Both the position numbers and the translations under genes were made by a program. From Chara braunii (Eukaryota > Plantae > Charophyceae), in NCBI GenBank assembly GCA_003427395.1, contig BFEA01000041.1, positions 805,690 to 868,714 of the forward strand: a stretch of 63,025 nt of DNA. The letters run 5' to 3'. How positions within the stretch are numbered: position 1 is the first letter of the stretch; the number at the start of each line of letters is the position of its first letter. The notes beneath the pieces are model-generated. The model did not search any database and was not told the DNA's origin. It saw only the letters and a list, made by a program, of their open reading frames with translations. Positions 1 to 13,677 of this stretch are shown piece after piece.

Positions 1-400
1 TTTTTTTTTTTTTTTTTTTTTTTTGGGACGAATACTCCAGTCTATTCGCGGGGAGCGGCACATGCTGGGAACCGGGCCCAGCGTCCCATATAGACTATTA
101 TAGAGTTACACAAGTCATTTGAGATGCCGGGGCCATTACCCGGCTTCGGCTGAGAATCAATCTGAAAACTGTTGAAGAAATTCAATAGAATTAAAGAGAG
201 GTTGAAAAACTATGAATAACTAGTGGCCTCTTTCCGAATGCTCAGAACCCCTAGACTCCCAAACAAAACTCTCTAAAGCTATCCAACAGTCTTATTCCCT
301 GTCGAGCTCTCCCAGGCCTCACATTCCCACCCGGATAGGTTGTAGAGCAACACGACTAGCCCCAGCTCCGGCCAGCGTCGTCCCAACAGCACATGACCTT
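1..400 (-). mobile_element. 3' part of a poly(A)-tailed non-LTR retroelement (same family as 8477-8900)
   Basis: Poly(T) at 1-24 on +. 126-395 aligns by eye with 8509-8770. Carries the GCTGGG-CCCGGTT-CCCAGC hairpin also seen at other retro 3' ends. Confidence 0.6.
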
Positions 401-2204
401 GAATCACTGAAAAAAAGAAAAAACAAAAAACGTCCTTGAATCACTGAATGGGTTGCACTCAAGTTATGTAATTGGACACACTGCACCCGGCTTCCAGCAG
501 GTGAAGCTCCCCACCAATAGCAAGGAGTCAATGGTGGGGATACTACTGGGGGATGCTCTTATCACCCCCGGCAGCACCCCCAGGCCACTGTTTTCAAGTT
601 TCCGAAAAAAAGAGAAAAAAAACTTAAAAAAGAACATGACCTTGAAAGGCACTTTCCAAGCTTGGACAGCTCCCTGCCTGCAAAGGCGGTTACCTGGAGA
701 GTCCTTGGCCAAGAGGGAGATAAGTGCCCAAACTCGAAGAGTCTGGGCAGACAAACGGGGACTTCCAGATGTCTTTTTGTGCTCTCCAACTGCTCCCCGA
801 TTTAGGGCCTCGCCGGACGGCACGCTACACAAAAAAAAAAATGACTTCGTTTCGCGTACGTTTCGCTGCACAGCACCCTCGCGGATCGTGTCAGTGTTTC
901 CTCGCGAAACTTGTCGGACTGCAAGTTCACGAGTGTGGGCACGTGCAGCAGCCATCCCTGCCTGCGACTCGCACAAACTCGCAGGTCCTCCGCATCACTG
1001 CTGGTGGACTTGCGGATCCACACGAGTGCAACACTTCGCTCCAAAGAAAGCACATCCAAGATTTTGTACTTTTGCATGTGTCAGGCCTGGCGAACAACGT
1101 TGGAAGAGAGCGAAGCCCTTTCCGTGAGGGAATTCTCGTGTGCTGTGCAGCGGTGGTGCAGAAAACGAGTCAAAACGGTGCTTCTTGGCCTCGCGAGGCC
1201 TCGCGAGGTTTGAGGTCGTTCCGTTTCGTTTCTTGCACCGTCCAGCAAGGCCCTTAGACAGTCCTTCCCCCGAAAGTGGAGCAGTGACGTGTTTTTGGCA
1301 TTCCTGGAGTCTGACATCTCTCCAAGGACTCCCATTTTTTATGCAGATTGGAGATCAGTGGAGCAAGACCCATCATCGATCAGTGGAGCGAGACCCATCG
1401 TCTTGACCCCATCATTTACAGTGACCCATCATCTGAAGCCAGGAATTGACCCCTGAGGAAGACCAGCTGGCGACTAGTCGAAACACGGCATCAGGTCGCG
1501 CCGCCGTGTATCGTTGTGACCATTCTTTTTTCATTTGTAATGATGCACACCTGCGCTCGGATTGTTTCTCTCCTCGTCTTCTTCTTCTTCTTCTCACCTT
1601 CGTCTGTCCTGTCGCATGATTGTCAATGGTTTGAACACTTGTGCATTCTTCGGAGACCGTGGTGCTCAGCGTCAGAGCTGGCTAGCGACATGTGCCCTTT
1701 GGTCATGTGTGAACCCATGGCTCGATAGCACCACCATATCCCTTGTGTCATTTCTTCCTCTGTAACGTTGTCCCATGGTAGTCAAACAAGTCAGGAAACG
1801 AATCAATCATATGCATTGGGTGGTGGGACCCCCCCTTGGGATCGGGACCTGCCCCTCGGACCACGTCCTTTTTTCTTCTTCTTCTTTTCCCTTGTCCTTT
1901 TTTTTTTAATTAAAACAATCCAGGCGGGTGCTAGGAGTGCTGATGTGAGAAGACACCTCGAGCACTGCCGGGGAGGCTCCATCCATTGGTGGGGAGCAGC
2001 ACCTGCTGGAAAACGGGTCCAGTGTCCCTTAGATCCAACTTTGTAGTACAATGATTGCTTGGGCATTTGGCCCTTAGAGTTCTTACTCTGCAGCATCCTC
2101 CTGTCCTACTCGCAGGAGGATGGATAGGCTAACTTTCAGGTTTTTCCAGCGGGTATGGCCATGTGATTTTCAGACTGAATGGAGAGACCCATGCATGCTG
2201 GAAA

Positions 2205-3454
2205 CTACCGTCTTTCCCCCCCCAACAGAATGTCCGGTCATCATACCTGCATTTGGGTCAACTTGCAGTCCAGATGCAGCCATAATTAATAACCAGGCAT
2301 TCTTTTTTTTTCCTTTTTTTTTCTTTTTTTTAAGTCCAGGGTGTTGTAGAGGCCAGTCAGTGTGTGCACAGTGATCACCTGGAACTGTGAGCCGTGGGTG
2401 CCCTGGAATATGAGACCACCTCCCAACCCATCCTCACGNNNNNNNNNNNNNNNNNNNNNNNNNNNNNNNNNNNNNNNNNNNNNNNNNNNNNNNNNNNNNN
2501 NNNNNNNNNNNNNNNNNNNNNNNNNNNNNNNNNNNNNNNNNNNNNNNNNNNNNCAGGACCATTGCCCTACCAACGGGCAGGCAACTTGGACCGAACAGCA
2601 GTGATAGGCACCAGGGCTGATAGATTGCCCAGCCCTGGTGGAAGCGGAAGCGGACGAACCTTGTCGAACAGGAACTTCGGACGCCAGGCCCAGACAATGA
2701 ACTACAGGCCCCATATATATATAGCCACCAGACAGTTCTATCCGAATGTCAGTAGGAACTGCACCGAATGGCACCCTATCCAACCTACCTGAACCTACTG
2801 CAGACACTAGACCCCACCAGTGACTAGCTTCCCATTCTGTTTTTTGTGTATATATACTGTGAATCTGTGCAGACAGTATCATGTGTGGAAACTTGTGTAT
2901 GTAACCTGTAAGCGATATATAACTCGCAAGCTATGTGTGTATGCCCGAAAGCTATGTGTACTCTGTGAATCATGTATAGAGGAGAGAATGGGCAAACTGG
3001 ACAAGGAACCCCCCCAAGGACCGAACCAAGCTTGAACCCGTGACCTGTAACATGTAATACAAGACTCTACCATATGAGCAACTACCGGAAATGGAATGAT
3101 CGTGTGATATGCCAGACTGGGGAGAACATCAGAACACCCGAGACCAACACCCCAAGCAAACCCTGTGAAACCCACAACCAACATACAACACCGTGGACTA
3201 CCCTTGGGTGCCGTGGACTACCCTTGGGTGGTGCGCAGGCAGTGTCTGTAATAGTACCATGCGTCCGCCCAAGGGGATGTGGGTCCAGCCGTGCGTCAAT
3301 CTAACGCCTTGCTGGTGTCCATGCGCAAGGCTGCGGGGTTTTGAACCCGCAACCTTATACCACAATGCGCATTTCGAACCCGTGCTCTAACCACTGAGCT
3401 GCATCAACTGGACAATAATAATAACCAGGCATTCTAAGGGAGGGAAGAGGGTAG
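2205..3454. mobile_element. IS630/Tc1/pogo-like MITE split by a SINE insertion
   Basis: Left end CTACCGTCTTTCCCC at 2205; right end GGGAAGAGGGTAG at 3442-3454. Removing 2304-3435 restores a ~110-bp copy of the family seen at 4653, 33940 and 37448. Confidence 0.65.
2304..3418 (-). mobile_element. tRNA-headed SINE or composite retro-insertion, ~1.1 kb
   Basis: 17-bp TSD TAATAACCAGGCATTCT (2287-2303 and 3419-3435). T-rich tract at 2303-2331 is the poly(A) tail on -. tRNA-like head at 3330-3408 with A box (GCAGCTCAGTGGTTAGAGC) and B box (GGTTCAAAACC). Body homologous to 5729-6545. Confidence 0.8.
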
Positions 3455-3539
3455 TCTCTTTTTTTTGGGGGGGGAAGTATGTTTATGTCACATGGGAGTT
3501 TGTAATGGGCACTTAAAACAGCCTTCGGCCTCTGTGGGA

Positions 3540-4372
3540 GGGCCTGAGTTCGAAAAGGCGTTCGTAACTCGCGGGCGGCAGTGGTGTCAGGGCCTGAGTT
3601 CGAAAAGGCAGTTGGTTTTCCCCCCCCTCCGGTTGGTAGCGCTGCGCCCCGCCGCGCCGCGGCTTGCAAACAAAAAAAAAAAAAAAAAAACATGGTCGGG
3701 CCACGGCCGGGGTTTGGCTGAGACATCTCGGCCTTGGTCAATCTGGGGTGTGGCCGAGACATCTCGGCCGTGGCCAATCTGGGGTGTGGCCAAGACATCT
3801 CGGCCGTGGCCAATCTGGGGGGTGGCCGAGACATCTCGGCCATGGCCAATCTGGGGTGTGGCCGAGACCCAACCATGGGCCTGATACACNNNNNNNNNNN
3901 NNNNNNNNNNNNNNNNNNNNNNNNNNNNNNNNNNNNNNNNNNNNNNNNNNNNNNNNNNNNNNNNNNNNNNNNNNNNNNNNNNNNNNNNNNNNNNNNNNNN
4001 NNNNNNNNNNNNNNNNNNNNNNNNNNNNNNNNNNNNNNNNNNNNNNNNNNNNNNNNNNNNNNNNNNNNNNNNNNNNNNNNNNNNNNNNNNNCCCAGGTAC
4101 CGGTACCGGGCTCTGTATCTGGCGCAGAATGAGAGCCGGATTCGAACTCAGGCCCTGGTGCCGGTACCGGACTCTGTATCTGGTGCAGAATGAGAGCCGG
4201 ATTCAAACTCAGGCCCTGGTACCGGTACCAGGCCCTGCTACCCGTGCCTTTTCGAACTCAGAAAATGACACCGGTGCCGAAGGCATGTTTTAACTGCCTT
4301 TTCTAACTAGGCCCTGACACCGGTGCCGAAGGCCTGTTTTTCGTGCCTTTTCAAACTCAAAAAGTGACACCA
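3540..4372. repeat. Probable non-autonomous DNA transposon remnant with inverted subterminal repeats and a GC-rich ~33-bp tandem array
   Basis: GGCCTGAGTTCGAAAAGGC repeats at 3540-3610 face GCCTTTTCGAACTCAG(GCC) repeats at 4140-4360. GGCCGAGACATCTCGGCCGTGGCCAATCTGGGG occurs ~5 times at 3715-3870. Contains a gap. Confidence 0.45.
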
Positions 4373-4652
4373 GAGACGTTGTTTCTTTTTTTTTTATGTG
4401 AAAGACCATTCCAGGCCTACGACCAGGGGTGGTGGTAAGAGCAGCCACGCCTAGTATACCCATACCCGGTCACTCCATCTATTGGACCAGGTGGGGAGCA
4501 ACACCTCCTGGAAACCAGGTCCAGAGTCCCATTGAAACATAAGTGAAATCCGATCTGTCAGAAATTGGGAAGCCATAGGAGTCATGACTGTGTGGTGCAT
4601 CTGCATCTGCACTGGTCCTGCAGTCTTTTCTCCTGCTAGTGGCCAGTGGCCC

Positions 4653-4762
4653 CTATCGTCTTCCCCCGAACACAACACACCCACTTTTGGCTACGCCTGA
4701 CCGGAAATATAGCTTGTATACATTCATTATCAGGATGCGTTACATTTGGGGGAAGACGGTAG
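4653..4762. mobile_element. IS630/Tc1/pogo-like MITE
   Basis: C-TA-TCGTCTTCCCCCGAA ... TTGGGGGAAGACGG-TA-G terminal inverted repeats. Confidence 0.7.
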
Positions 4763-5279
4763 TGTCAGGTCCATCAGGCCTGAGCAAAGGCAGATTCAGT
4801 AAAGAACCTCTAACGAGCTCAGCAAACCCCTGAAAAGCAATAAATAAACTCTGATGTGGGACTGGGCTGATAGCCTGATGCTGCCAGTGGGGAACACTGA
4901 CAGTCCCTAATTCTTACCTGGAGCACATAGCTCAACCAACGGGCCTAGCTCGGTTGAATTATAGACCCTCAGTTGGAATCCAGATGCAATTGATGACCGG
5001 AATAAAATAAATTAAATAATGCTGAACGACATGGAGCTGGTCAGTTCAGTGCTGATATAAGGAATTTTCCACTCTGGGTCCAGTGCCTAAGGCAGGACAT
5101 AGGTCCTAGCTCAGTTGAATTACAAACCTGAGTTCGAATCCAGATGCAACCAGGGGCCAAGTCACACTAGCATGGGTTTGGCTTTGATTCCTAGACCAGT
5201 GTGGCAGGGTGTGGTGGGGTGCGGTGGTGTGCGACAGTATTGCAAAGTAAGTCTTTTCACGGAAAATTTTCTCTACGAC

Positions 5280-5452
5280 ATAGCATCACACTCTGTGCAC
5301 TACACAGTCCGAATGCATGTATAGAAAATTTTATCTAGGACGTAGCATCACACTCTGTGCACTACACAGTCCGAATGCATGTATAGTGTTGGTCTTGTGT
5401 GTGCCAGGCCCCATGCTTGTCACCGTAGCATCACACTCTGTGCACTACACAG
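5280..5452. repeat. Short tandem repeat, 3 copies
   Basis: TAGCATCACACTCTGTGCACTACACAGT at about 5281, 5343 and 5426. Confidence 0.8.
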
Positions 5453-5728
5453 TTGGAATAGACCCTCAGACCTCACACCGACACAACTGGACGCCTTTTT
5501 TAATTGTTTTCGGGCCCTTACCGATTTCAGAACAGGTTTTCATGCCTGACCCGTCAGGAATGAAAAGCCCTCCGTTGATGAAAACACTACCCCACTAGCA
5601 TGGACAGCCAATGACAGTCCGAGAAATATCAATCACGGAGCTCTCTCTGCTACGATAAAAGCACGGTGGTCGGATCCGTCACTACCTACAGCTCGTAGGC
5701 GTGTCACACAGAAGAAAGGTCCTCATTC

Positions 5729-6545
5729 CTTTTTTTTTTTTCAATTATATGAAGCCCAGGGTGCTGTAGAGGCCAAGGACCAGACCCGCCGTGATTGCTG
5801 GCACCGGCAGCCAACCTGACAGGATAGGCCACCTACCCTACCCATCCCCACGTTAATACTCCAGGTGCACCCCCTGTCCCTACTATCCTATGTGACCAGC
5901 ACTCAGGACCATCACCCCACCAGTATCGAGCGCAACATGGACCGGACAGCAGTGACAAGTACCAAGGCTGGGCCAAACCCCCAGCCCCAGTGGAAGCGGA
6001 CGCGGACGAACTTTGCCATACGGGAACTTCGGACGCCAGGCTCATGCAATCTTCTACAGGCCCAATATCAGCACCTCTACCCAGCATAAGTACCTAAGCA
6101 AGGCAAGCTGGCGCCCATGGACACATTCTACCGTCCTTCCCCTAACTTACCCTGGGCCAAGGCTAGGCGGAACTCAGACTAGCCGGAGCGACAGTAGACC
6201 CCCTCATGTACCTGATAGACCCCCCCAGCTCAGTAATATAGTTGTGTGTATATGTGGGCCCAGAGGATATGTATGTATGTATGAGCCCGTACGCTATGTG
6301 CATATTCACGATCCATGTTTTTGTGTCTGCCTGAAGGCTACGTATGCTCTGTGTAACTGTATAGCGAGATGTATGTGCCGGAAGGCCAGATATGTACAGC
6401 ACTATGTAGAGGGAACTGTGTTTGTTTAAAGACATGACACTGTCAGGCCAGGCTGTGCAAGGACCCCCCCAAGGTCCAAAGCCAGACTCGAACCCATGAT
6501 TTATAACATGTGACATGAAGACTCTACCATATCAGCAACAATCGC
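5729..6545 (-). mobile_element. Poly(A)-tailed retroelement 3' fragment, paralog of the 2304-3130 body
   Basis: Poly(T) then AAGCCCAGGGTGCTGTAGAGGCC. Collinear similarity to 2332-3085. A shorter third copy starts at ~6755. Confidence 0.65.
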
Positions 6546-8474
6546 AAACGGCAACGGGGAGATCAACAGAACAACCACGAGCAATCCTACCGGCAGAGGG
6601 ACTTGGCCCCAGATGACCAGAATAAAATAATACTCAATTACACGGGGCTGGTCAGTTCAATGCTGATGTAAGGAATTTTCCAACCCGATTTCCAGCAGGC
6701 GCTGCTACCCACCAATAGATGGAGCCTCCCCGGCAGTGCTAGTGGTGCCTGCTCTTTTTTCTTTTTTTTTCTTCTGGTAAAGCCCAAGTTGTTGTACTGG
6801 GATATTAGACAGATGACAGTCACCCACAGTAATCCGTCATTCGGTTGTCCAAATGAACCCCTGTGAAGACTCCACCCACCCTTCCTCTCATCTTTTGCCC
6901 TGGCGCACCCCCACCCCCTCCTGTCCTACCCTAGTGTTAACCACCCAGGACCATCACGGTATCACCCATCACCATCTTGGCGGGGTGACCTGACCAGACA
7001 GCGGTTGCAGGCACCCGGGCTAAGCAGAGACCTCTAACCCCTGATAAGCCCTGGTTGAAGCAGACACCATTGTTGCACGCATTGGCTCCCACCCTTTTCC
7101 GCAAAAGGCGAGAGACCTCCCGGCCACGTCACGTAGGAGTTAAGGAAAACAAACAAGAGACAACTGCAAGTTGGAGACAACACATAAGCAATCCTGCAAA
7201 CCATCGAGGTGGACATGGTTGCGTTGCCACCTCGTCGTTGTAGCCGGGTGCGTCACCCGTATCTCTCACGGTCCCCTACGACAGGATAGGTTCCCGCGAG
7301 GCACAACTTACCTTCCATAAGGGGTTTAACTTATCACCACCCTTAGGGGCATATCCGTACCGAGCTACTGACCCACGTACGAAAGCATTTATATGCATAA
7401 CCAGCATCGACTCTAGTCCCTCAACTAAGCCGTCGTGGCTTATAGACTGGTGGTCCAGATTTCAGGAACACTAGAAGCCTAAGGCAAGAGTGCACCATGG
7501 AGATTGGTCCCCTTGCACCAGGGACGCTGCATAAGAATTTGGCAGTCTTAGGGCTTTATCCGAAAGAAATGGATTGTGGGCATATGTCGAAAGCCCTCTT
7601 TGGAGGCTCGGAAGCTGGTTACTTGGTGCTGAAAACCAAACCTCATCTTATGAGGTTGAGAACGATTACCTTGCGACTCTTGCACCTAAAGAATTTTGTA
7701 GTCTCAGACTCTGAGGGTCTTCCACCTCTGGCATGATCTTTAAGATTTTCAAGACGACCCGCTTATGCATCATCGAGGACGGGAATTGCTCAGAGGACGA
7801 AACGGTGACCATCAATGCCCACTTTGTTTACGGGATCGCAACAATGAGGCTTCAGAATCTCTACATCAAGAAACTCATGATGAGGGTCAAGAAGAGGAGG
7901 CAAGTATGTCAGATGAGTGTGCAGGCATGAGACATCAGAACCATGCAAAAGAAATAAGTATGTCTGTTGTGAGTGCAAACATGAGACCACTTGTTGATGT
8001 CACCAGCAAACTAGCTCAAATCATTAAAAGACGAAAGAAGTATCAAGTTGTTACAATCAGACGAAAAATGAGTCGTCTCTTAATTTTTTCACTCTCCTTC
8101 AAATCCATTGTGCTCCACCAAGTCCCCGTCGCCGTTCGAATTCGTTTCTCAAGTATGTGAAGAGGCATAGCATCCGGTCCAGAAAAACAGTTCAGAACCT
8201 CTCTACTTTAAGGAGAGAAATGAACGCTCATTAGCTAATACCCTGCAGCACTCCTCTCCAACTAACCGTTTTCATAAAAGAACGCGTCGCATTGGGACTG
8301 ATTATGTCACCAAAGCATCACTTTATGAGGAACCAATCATCCTCATGGACAATGTCAACCGTTGTTGATCTGCATAACGATCTGCATTTCAATACAGTTG
8401 TTGATATGCACAACGATCTACCTGGAATAATGAATTCACTATCACAAACTGGGTTTTCACAAGTTTTTAAGGAT

Positions 8475-8476
<2 letters not shown>

Positions 8477-8507
<31 letters not shown>

Positions 8508-8900
8508 GTCCGGGGTCATTACCCGGCTTCGGCTGAGATCAGCCTGTGAATATCTAATGACCTATTAAAGAACTACTCATGCAGTAGGCTGCCACAGAGG
8601 TCCTACGAATGCTCACAACCCTCAGGATTCCTAACAAGCCCTTCTAAGACTTTCCAACACAGTCTTACTCCCTGCTGAGCTCTTCCACGCCACATGCCCC
8701 CACCCTGCTGGGTTACAGGGCAACACAACTCGCCCCAGCTCCGATCAGCGTCGTCCCAACAGCAAACCTTGGTTGTCCCTTGGGATGCCCACCCCAAAGC
8801 ATTCCCAAATCTCTTTACCAGATCTCACGCTTCTGCATCAGCAGGTTACAGAGCAACACCCCGGCGCCGGCCAGCGTCGTTCTGACATCGAACAACCGCA
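8477..8900 (-). mobile_element. Poly(A)-tailed non-LTR retroelement 3' region; 5' extent not defined
   Basis: ~29-nt poly(T) on +, directly followed by a hairpin that reads GCCGGG-TAATGAC-CCCGGA on -. Homologous to 126-395. Confidence 0.6.
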
Positions 8901-9944
8901 GATCACTAAGTATAAACGATTCAAAACCGCTTAGGATGGGTTACTAAGAGTCCCTAGAGTCCTAAGGCATTCATAAGAACCACGGACAAATCAGATAGGT
9001 GAAACCTATTCAATCCACCTACGACCACCACCAGCATAACTGTTTTCAGCACGAACCGAAGCTCGTTCAGGCCTCATGCTCCCATCACTGGCATATTAGG
9101 TTACAGAGTTGCACCACTTGCTCCAGCACCGGCCAACATTGCTCCAGTTACGACCCCCGATGACCGCTGAGAGTACCCCCACACACAGCCCCCCAGAGAT
9201 CTCTACCAGGCATCACGCCCCCACTAAGCTAGGTCACATTGGCTCCGACTCTGGCCAGCGTTGCTCCAACATCGGTCTTCGAGGGCCACCGAATTTTCAA
9301 CCACCCTTCGCAGGAGCACAAATGAATTGTCAGATAACACCTATTCCTACAACCTCCTCGAGGGGAAAACCAAATAAAAAGAAATAGTAAACTTTTTTGG
9401 GGGGGGGCTACTTAGAAAATCACTACAAAGTTAAGAAACGACTCAGAAACCCCCCATCAATCCTCTTTACCTCACTCTGGCAAGACTTATTGCAGCAGAG
9501 TCACCATCTCCGCTGCTATTGTACCCTATTTCCATCCTATGAGCTAGCCCCCTCACTAGTAGGACGCTTGATATCCAAACCATCTACTTCTCCCGCACAC
9601 CTCTTTTTTTAGGTAAATTTAAGAAGACCTCCCCCTGCCAGCATTGATTGTCTCGGAAATCAAGGGATTAACTGAGCACGGACGACCTTTGATGATAGGT
9701 AAAAATTAAAAAATATGAAGACATGCAGCCCTTGAAATAGTCAACCCACAAGATCATGGCTCCGTCATTGAAAGGAAAAAACCTCAAGTTGTCCCAGGTG
9801 GATTTAGTAGCCAATGGCCGGTACCCGGCAAGATACTTGGCGCCAATCGCATCCATCCCAACTCCCTTCATCTCAGTCTCATCTATCCTTCCTAACTCTT
9901 TCCTTATGACTTAAAGGAATTTCAGAGGACCGCTTCTCGGTAGG

Positions 9945-10710
9945 GGGTGAGCACCATCATCACCCCGAAGTTCCTTGCCCCAACAAGAAACTTCAGTCTC
10001 CGTCCTCAAAGGGGTAAACAAGCGCTACCCAACGTCAATCGCGCCAAAGCTCGCCCTCATCAACCGGTACCCATTGGACAGTCTAAACTACCCAACGCCA
10101 ATCGCATCTGATAAGAGTTCCTCCTAGCCGGTACCTATCAAGCAACCCTATTTCATCCCCTTCTCTGTCCTTGCAAAGAATCATTTCATGCCCCATCCCC
10201 TACTTCAAAACAATTCCCCTGAAACCCTACAAGAAACTTCACTTGACTATCTCTAACAAGAATAGGACAAATTCAGGGAAACAATCAGCCCCAGAGACAG
10301 ACAGCCCAAACAATCCTGCCTCTATCATCAAAAGGAAGAACCTCATCCGTTCTCCCAAACTCCATCCTCGTAAAAAGTTCAGAGATCCTCATCTCAGCAG
10401 AGGGCGGGCACCATCATCACCCTGAAACTCCTTGCCCACACAAGAATTTCAGTCTCCATCATTGAGGGGACAAAACAACACTACCCAACACCAGTCGCGC
10501 CAAGGCTCACCCTCATCAGTCGGTACACATTGGAAAGCCTAAACTACCCAACGCCAATCGCATCTGATAAGAGCTCCCCCTGACCGGTACCCGTTAGAAA
10601 ACCCTATTTCATTCCCTCTCCATCCTTGCGAAGAATCATTCGATGCCCTTTGCCCCCTCCTTCAAAACAAAATCCCCCAAGACTCTACAAGATGCTCCAC
10701 TTGACCATCC
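9945..10710. repeat. ~300-bp direct duplication
   Basis: 9945-10250 and 10403-10710 are collinear (GCACCATCATCACCC...CTAAACTACCCAACGCCAATCGCATCTGATAAGAG...CACTTGAC). Confidence 0.8.
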
Positions 10711-12150
10711 CGTGGGGGCCCTGTTCAAATTTTCGACAAAACTCTGACGAAAAGAAGTAGGTCAAATTTTGATCAAAATTTAAGAAACAAAAAAAATCTC
10801 ACTACAAAGATCCTGGAAAATCAACAACGAATTGAATCTAACTTAGAAAATTCCTTAAAAAATTAATCAACAATGATAGTAGTAAAAGGACTTTAGATTA
10901 TGGAAGAAACAATCATTAGAAAAAACCATTGGAAAAACGAATGCATGAAGATCCCGGCGAATTTCGGATTGGAATTTCAGAAGCTATGTTTAGTAAAAAA
11001 CATTCAGAATTGTGAAATCTATCAGAATCGCAGTCTGATTCACGACTTTCAAATTGGCAAATGCATTAGACTCTTAGGATTAGAATATTGCAAAGATTTA
11101 TTTTAAAATTATTCCAAGACGTAGAGAGAGACAAATTATTCCAAGACGTAGAGAGAGAAAAATACCTATGTAGAGGAATTAAAACTTTAAATCTTCATCA
11201 GAACCTTCACAATTGACAATAAGACGTGAGAAAACACTCAAGAACAATCAAGAATCCTAAATCGAGATCATCAATTAGAAACCAAATTAAGAGATCAAGG
11301 GATTTTAGACAGTTATTAGCTAAGAGATCAAGGATTTTGGACAGTTATTAGCAAACATTAGAGCATGGGCTAACCAATCGTCACCTGAGCAGATCATTGA
11401 GTAACCTCCATCTCTCTTTCCTCGACAATACCTACTTACCTCCTTCCCCTCAAACCCTACCCCAACGTCTTCGGGGAAGGAAGAACCCTTCCTCCCACTG
11501 CTAGCTATTAAGGCTCGGGCACTGCTAACACCGAAAACTATCGACAGTCATCTTCAATCCCTGAAAAGAATAAAAAAACGGTGTGGCACCTCCTCACCAA
11601 ACCTTTTGGCGAGTCACCACAGTGGGTTCGAAACCTCCATAAAAAACCATGCTAATTCGTACTTACCCTACTACCGAGGAAGGGGGGAGACTCTTCCTAC
11701 CACCGCTGACCGTTCCTCATATCGTGATCATCGCTGCTGCCAGATTGGTCATACCCTGCTGATGAAAATACACGTGGGCCCACAAAAGTCACCCAACAAT
11801 AGCCGACTCCGTTGTCCATTCACCACGCTTTTCCCCGCTGCACTACCTCGGAATATCCTGCGTCCCGACCTTGATTACGAAACAGAAGTCCCATCAACCC
11901 AAGGTTTATTCCTCGCGCCATCCTCATCATCAGCTCCCACCTTACACCACAGCGTTCGTCGCTCCCGCAGACCGAAATCTGAGTACGACGCAGCGCTCCC
12001 GGTCTCGCTACGCCGTCGTCCGTCAATGCAGGGCCGCTTACGGAGGATGCTCTTACAGCAATAGTATTATTTCCTGACAATCTTATCATCTCACAACCTC
12101 TTCCTTATTCTGGACCAAGCAGGGGCACCTCTTCGAATATGTATTTTTTT

Positions 12151-13670
12151 TTTGCTTGACCAGAGAGTTGTCAGCAGAGGGACTTCGTGTTTTTTAACTA
12201 AGTTGCCTAACTTTTGTCTCAGATAAGAGAAGAGATACTTGCTTGTGGCCGACAGGAGGTCTCTTGGGAGCATTCTAAGATGAAGGAAGAGACCTCTTTG
12301 GGATAAGTATCGCTATATTTTCTTACGGATGACGGGAGGTCTCCTGGAAAATTCTCAGATGAGGGAAGGGACCTCTTTGAGATCAACACTGTTACAGTAT
12401 TCTCTTGAGGTTGAAGGGAGGTCTCTGAAGAGTACATTGTTGATTGTTGTTTTGTTGTTGTTTATTGTTTCTTGAGATTAAAGGAAAGTCTCTTGAGAAA
12501 CGTTTTTCCTGTTATTTGGGGCATGGGCAGTCTACTTGTGGGTTTTTACATGCTTGTTTAACTACCTATGCTTGTTTTTTTTTTCTCTAACCTAAGATGT
12601 AGGTGATTATCGGGGCTAGCCAGAGCCTTACCGCAGTAGGTTGCAATCTGGCGGGGTCAGTAGATCCCTGATTCGAGTGTCAAATTCCGTAGTTAAACGA
12701 GGTTAAGACTACGGGAGTCAGGCTGTGAGGTCAAAGGGGGTCAACTGGAACCCTAGTGCAGTCAGAGGTTGCAATCCAGTGGGTTCGCCAGTGTCCGAAT
12801 CGTGATTAGACCGGGTCCTACGTTCAAAATCTGCGCAGGGCAAGCAGCGCTCTAGGCCGAAAATTGGTGGATGAGTCGGTCCCCGACCGTTTTGGTCAAA
12901 TCTGAGTGTAGGACCGTTGGATTAACGAAAGGTTTGTTGTCATTGGGTAACCAGACTCACTATAGTCTGGGTATCCTAGCATGAGGTGCGTCAAAGGGTT
13001 ACCATACTCAAGTAGTGGGTATGGTGTCCTGACGTAGAGGCAAATTAAAGGGGTTGTCAAGAGAAATGGTTTAATTAGTCCTTGTTTGAGGGTTGTCAGG
13101 TTGACGGGAGGTCTACCACCCCTGGCCAGTGGTGAGCCAAAACCAAGGCAATCAATAACTCTTGGGTATGAGGAACTTTTTATATTATTTTTTATTTTAT
13201 TTGGGGTCTTCAATTTTATTTATTTTACTTAATTGTTGTTTGACTATTGTCTGTCGGAAAATTTGCATGTTGGGACCATGTTTGGTGGTTTGTGGAACTT
13301 GTTGTTTTGCAGGCTCATGCAGGTTCATATAAAGTTCTCATACAAGATAAAATTAAATGGGGTTGGTATCATTTTTTATTTGTCTAAGAAGTTGGGGAGA
13401 CGCCTCACTGAGATCAGAGAAAAAAAAACGGGGTTTGGTATCCCCTTTGATAGCTTGAGAAGTTGAGAACAAGAAAAAAAGTTTGGTATGTCTTAACCCC
13501 GGTACTGCTGACAACGAGTGTCCGCAACACTAACGACAAATTGACAATGCCCCTGAGATCACTATCAAAGATGAGAGATAAGGTAACTTCTTCATTGTAA
13601 AAGTTTAAAGACAAAACACATTTCAAGATGATAAGAGGTCAAGGTCGACAGCAGATGAGAAAACTGAGAT
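12151..13670 (+). mobile_element. LTR (left copy) of a Ty3/Gypsy element
   Basis: Collinear, visibly diverged direct repeat of 16786-19141 once the 17529-18441 insertion is removed. Confidence 0.8.
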
Positions 13671-13677
13671 AAAATCA

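Noticed and set aside
3330-3408. Functional tRNA gene
   Set aside because: A and B boxes are present but acceptor and anticodon stems do not pair, and it sits within a TSD-flanked poly(A) insertion.
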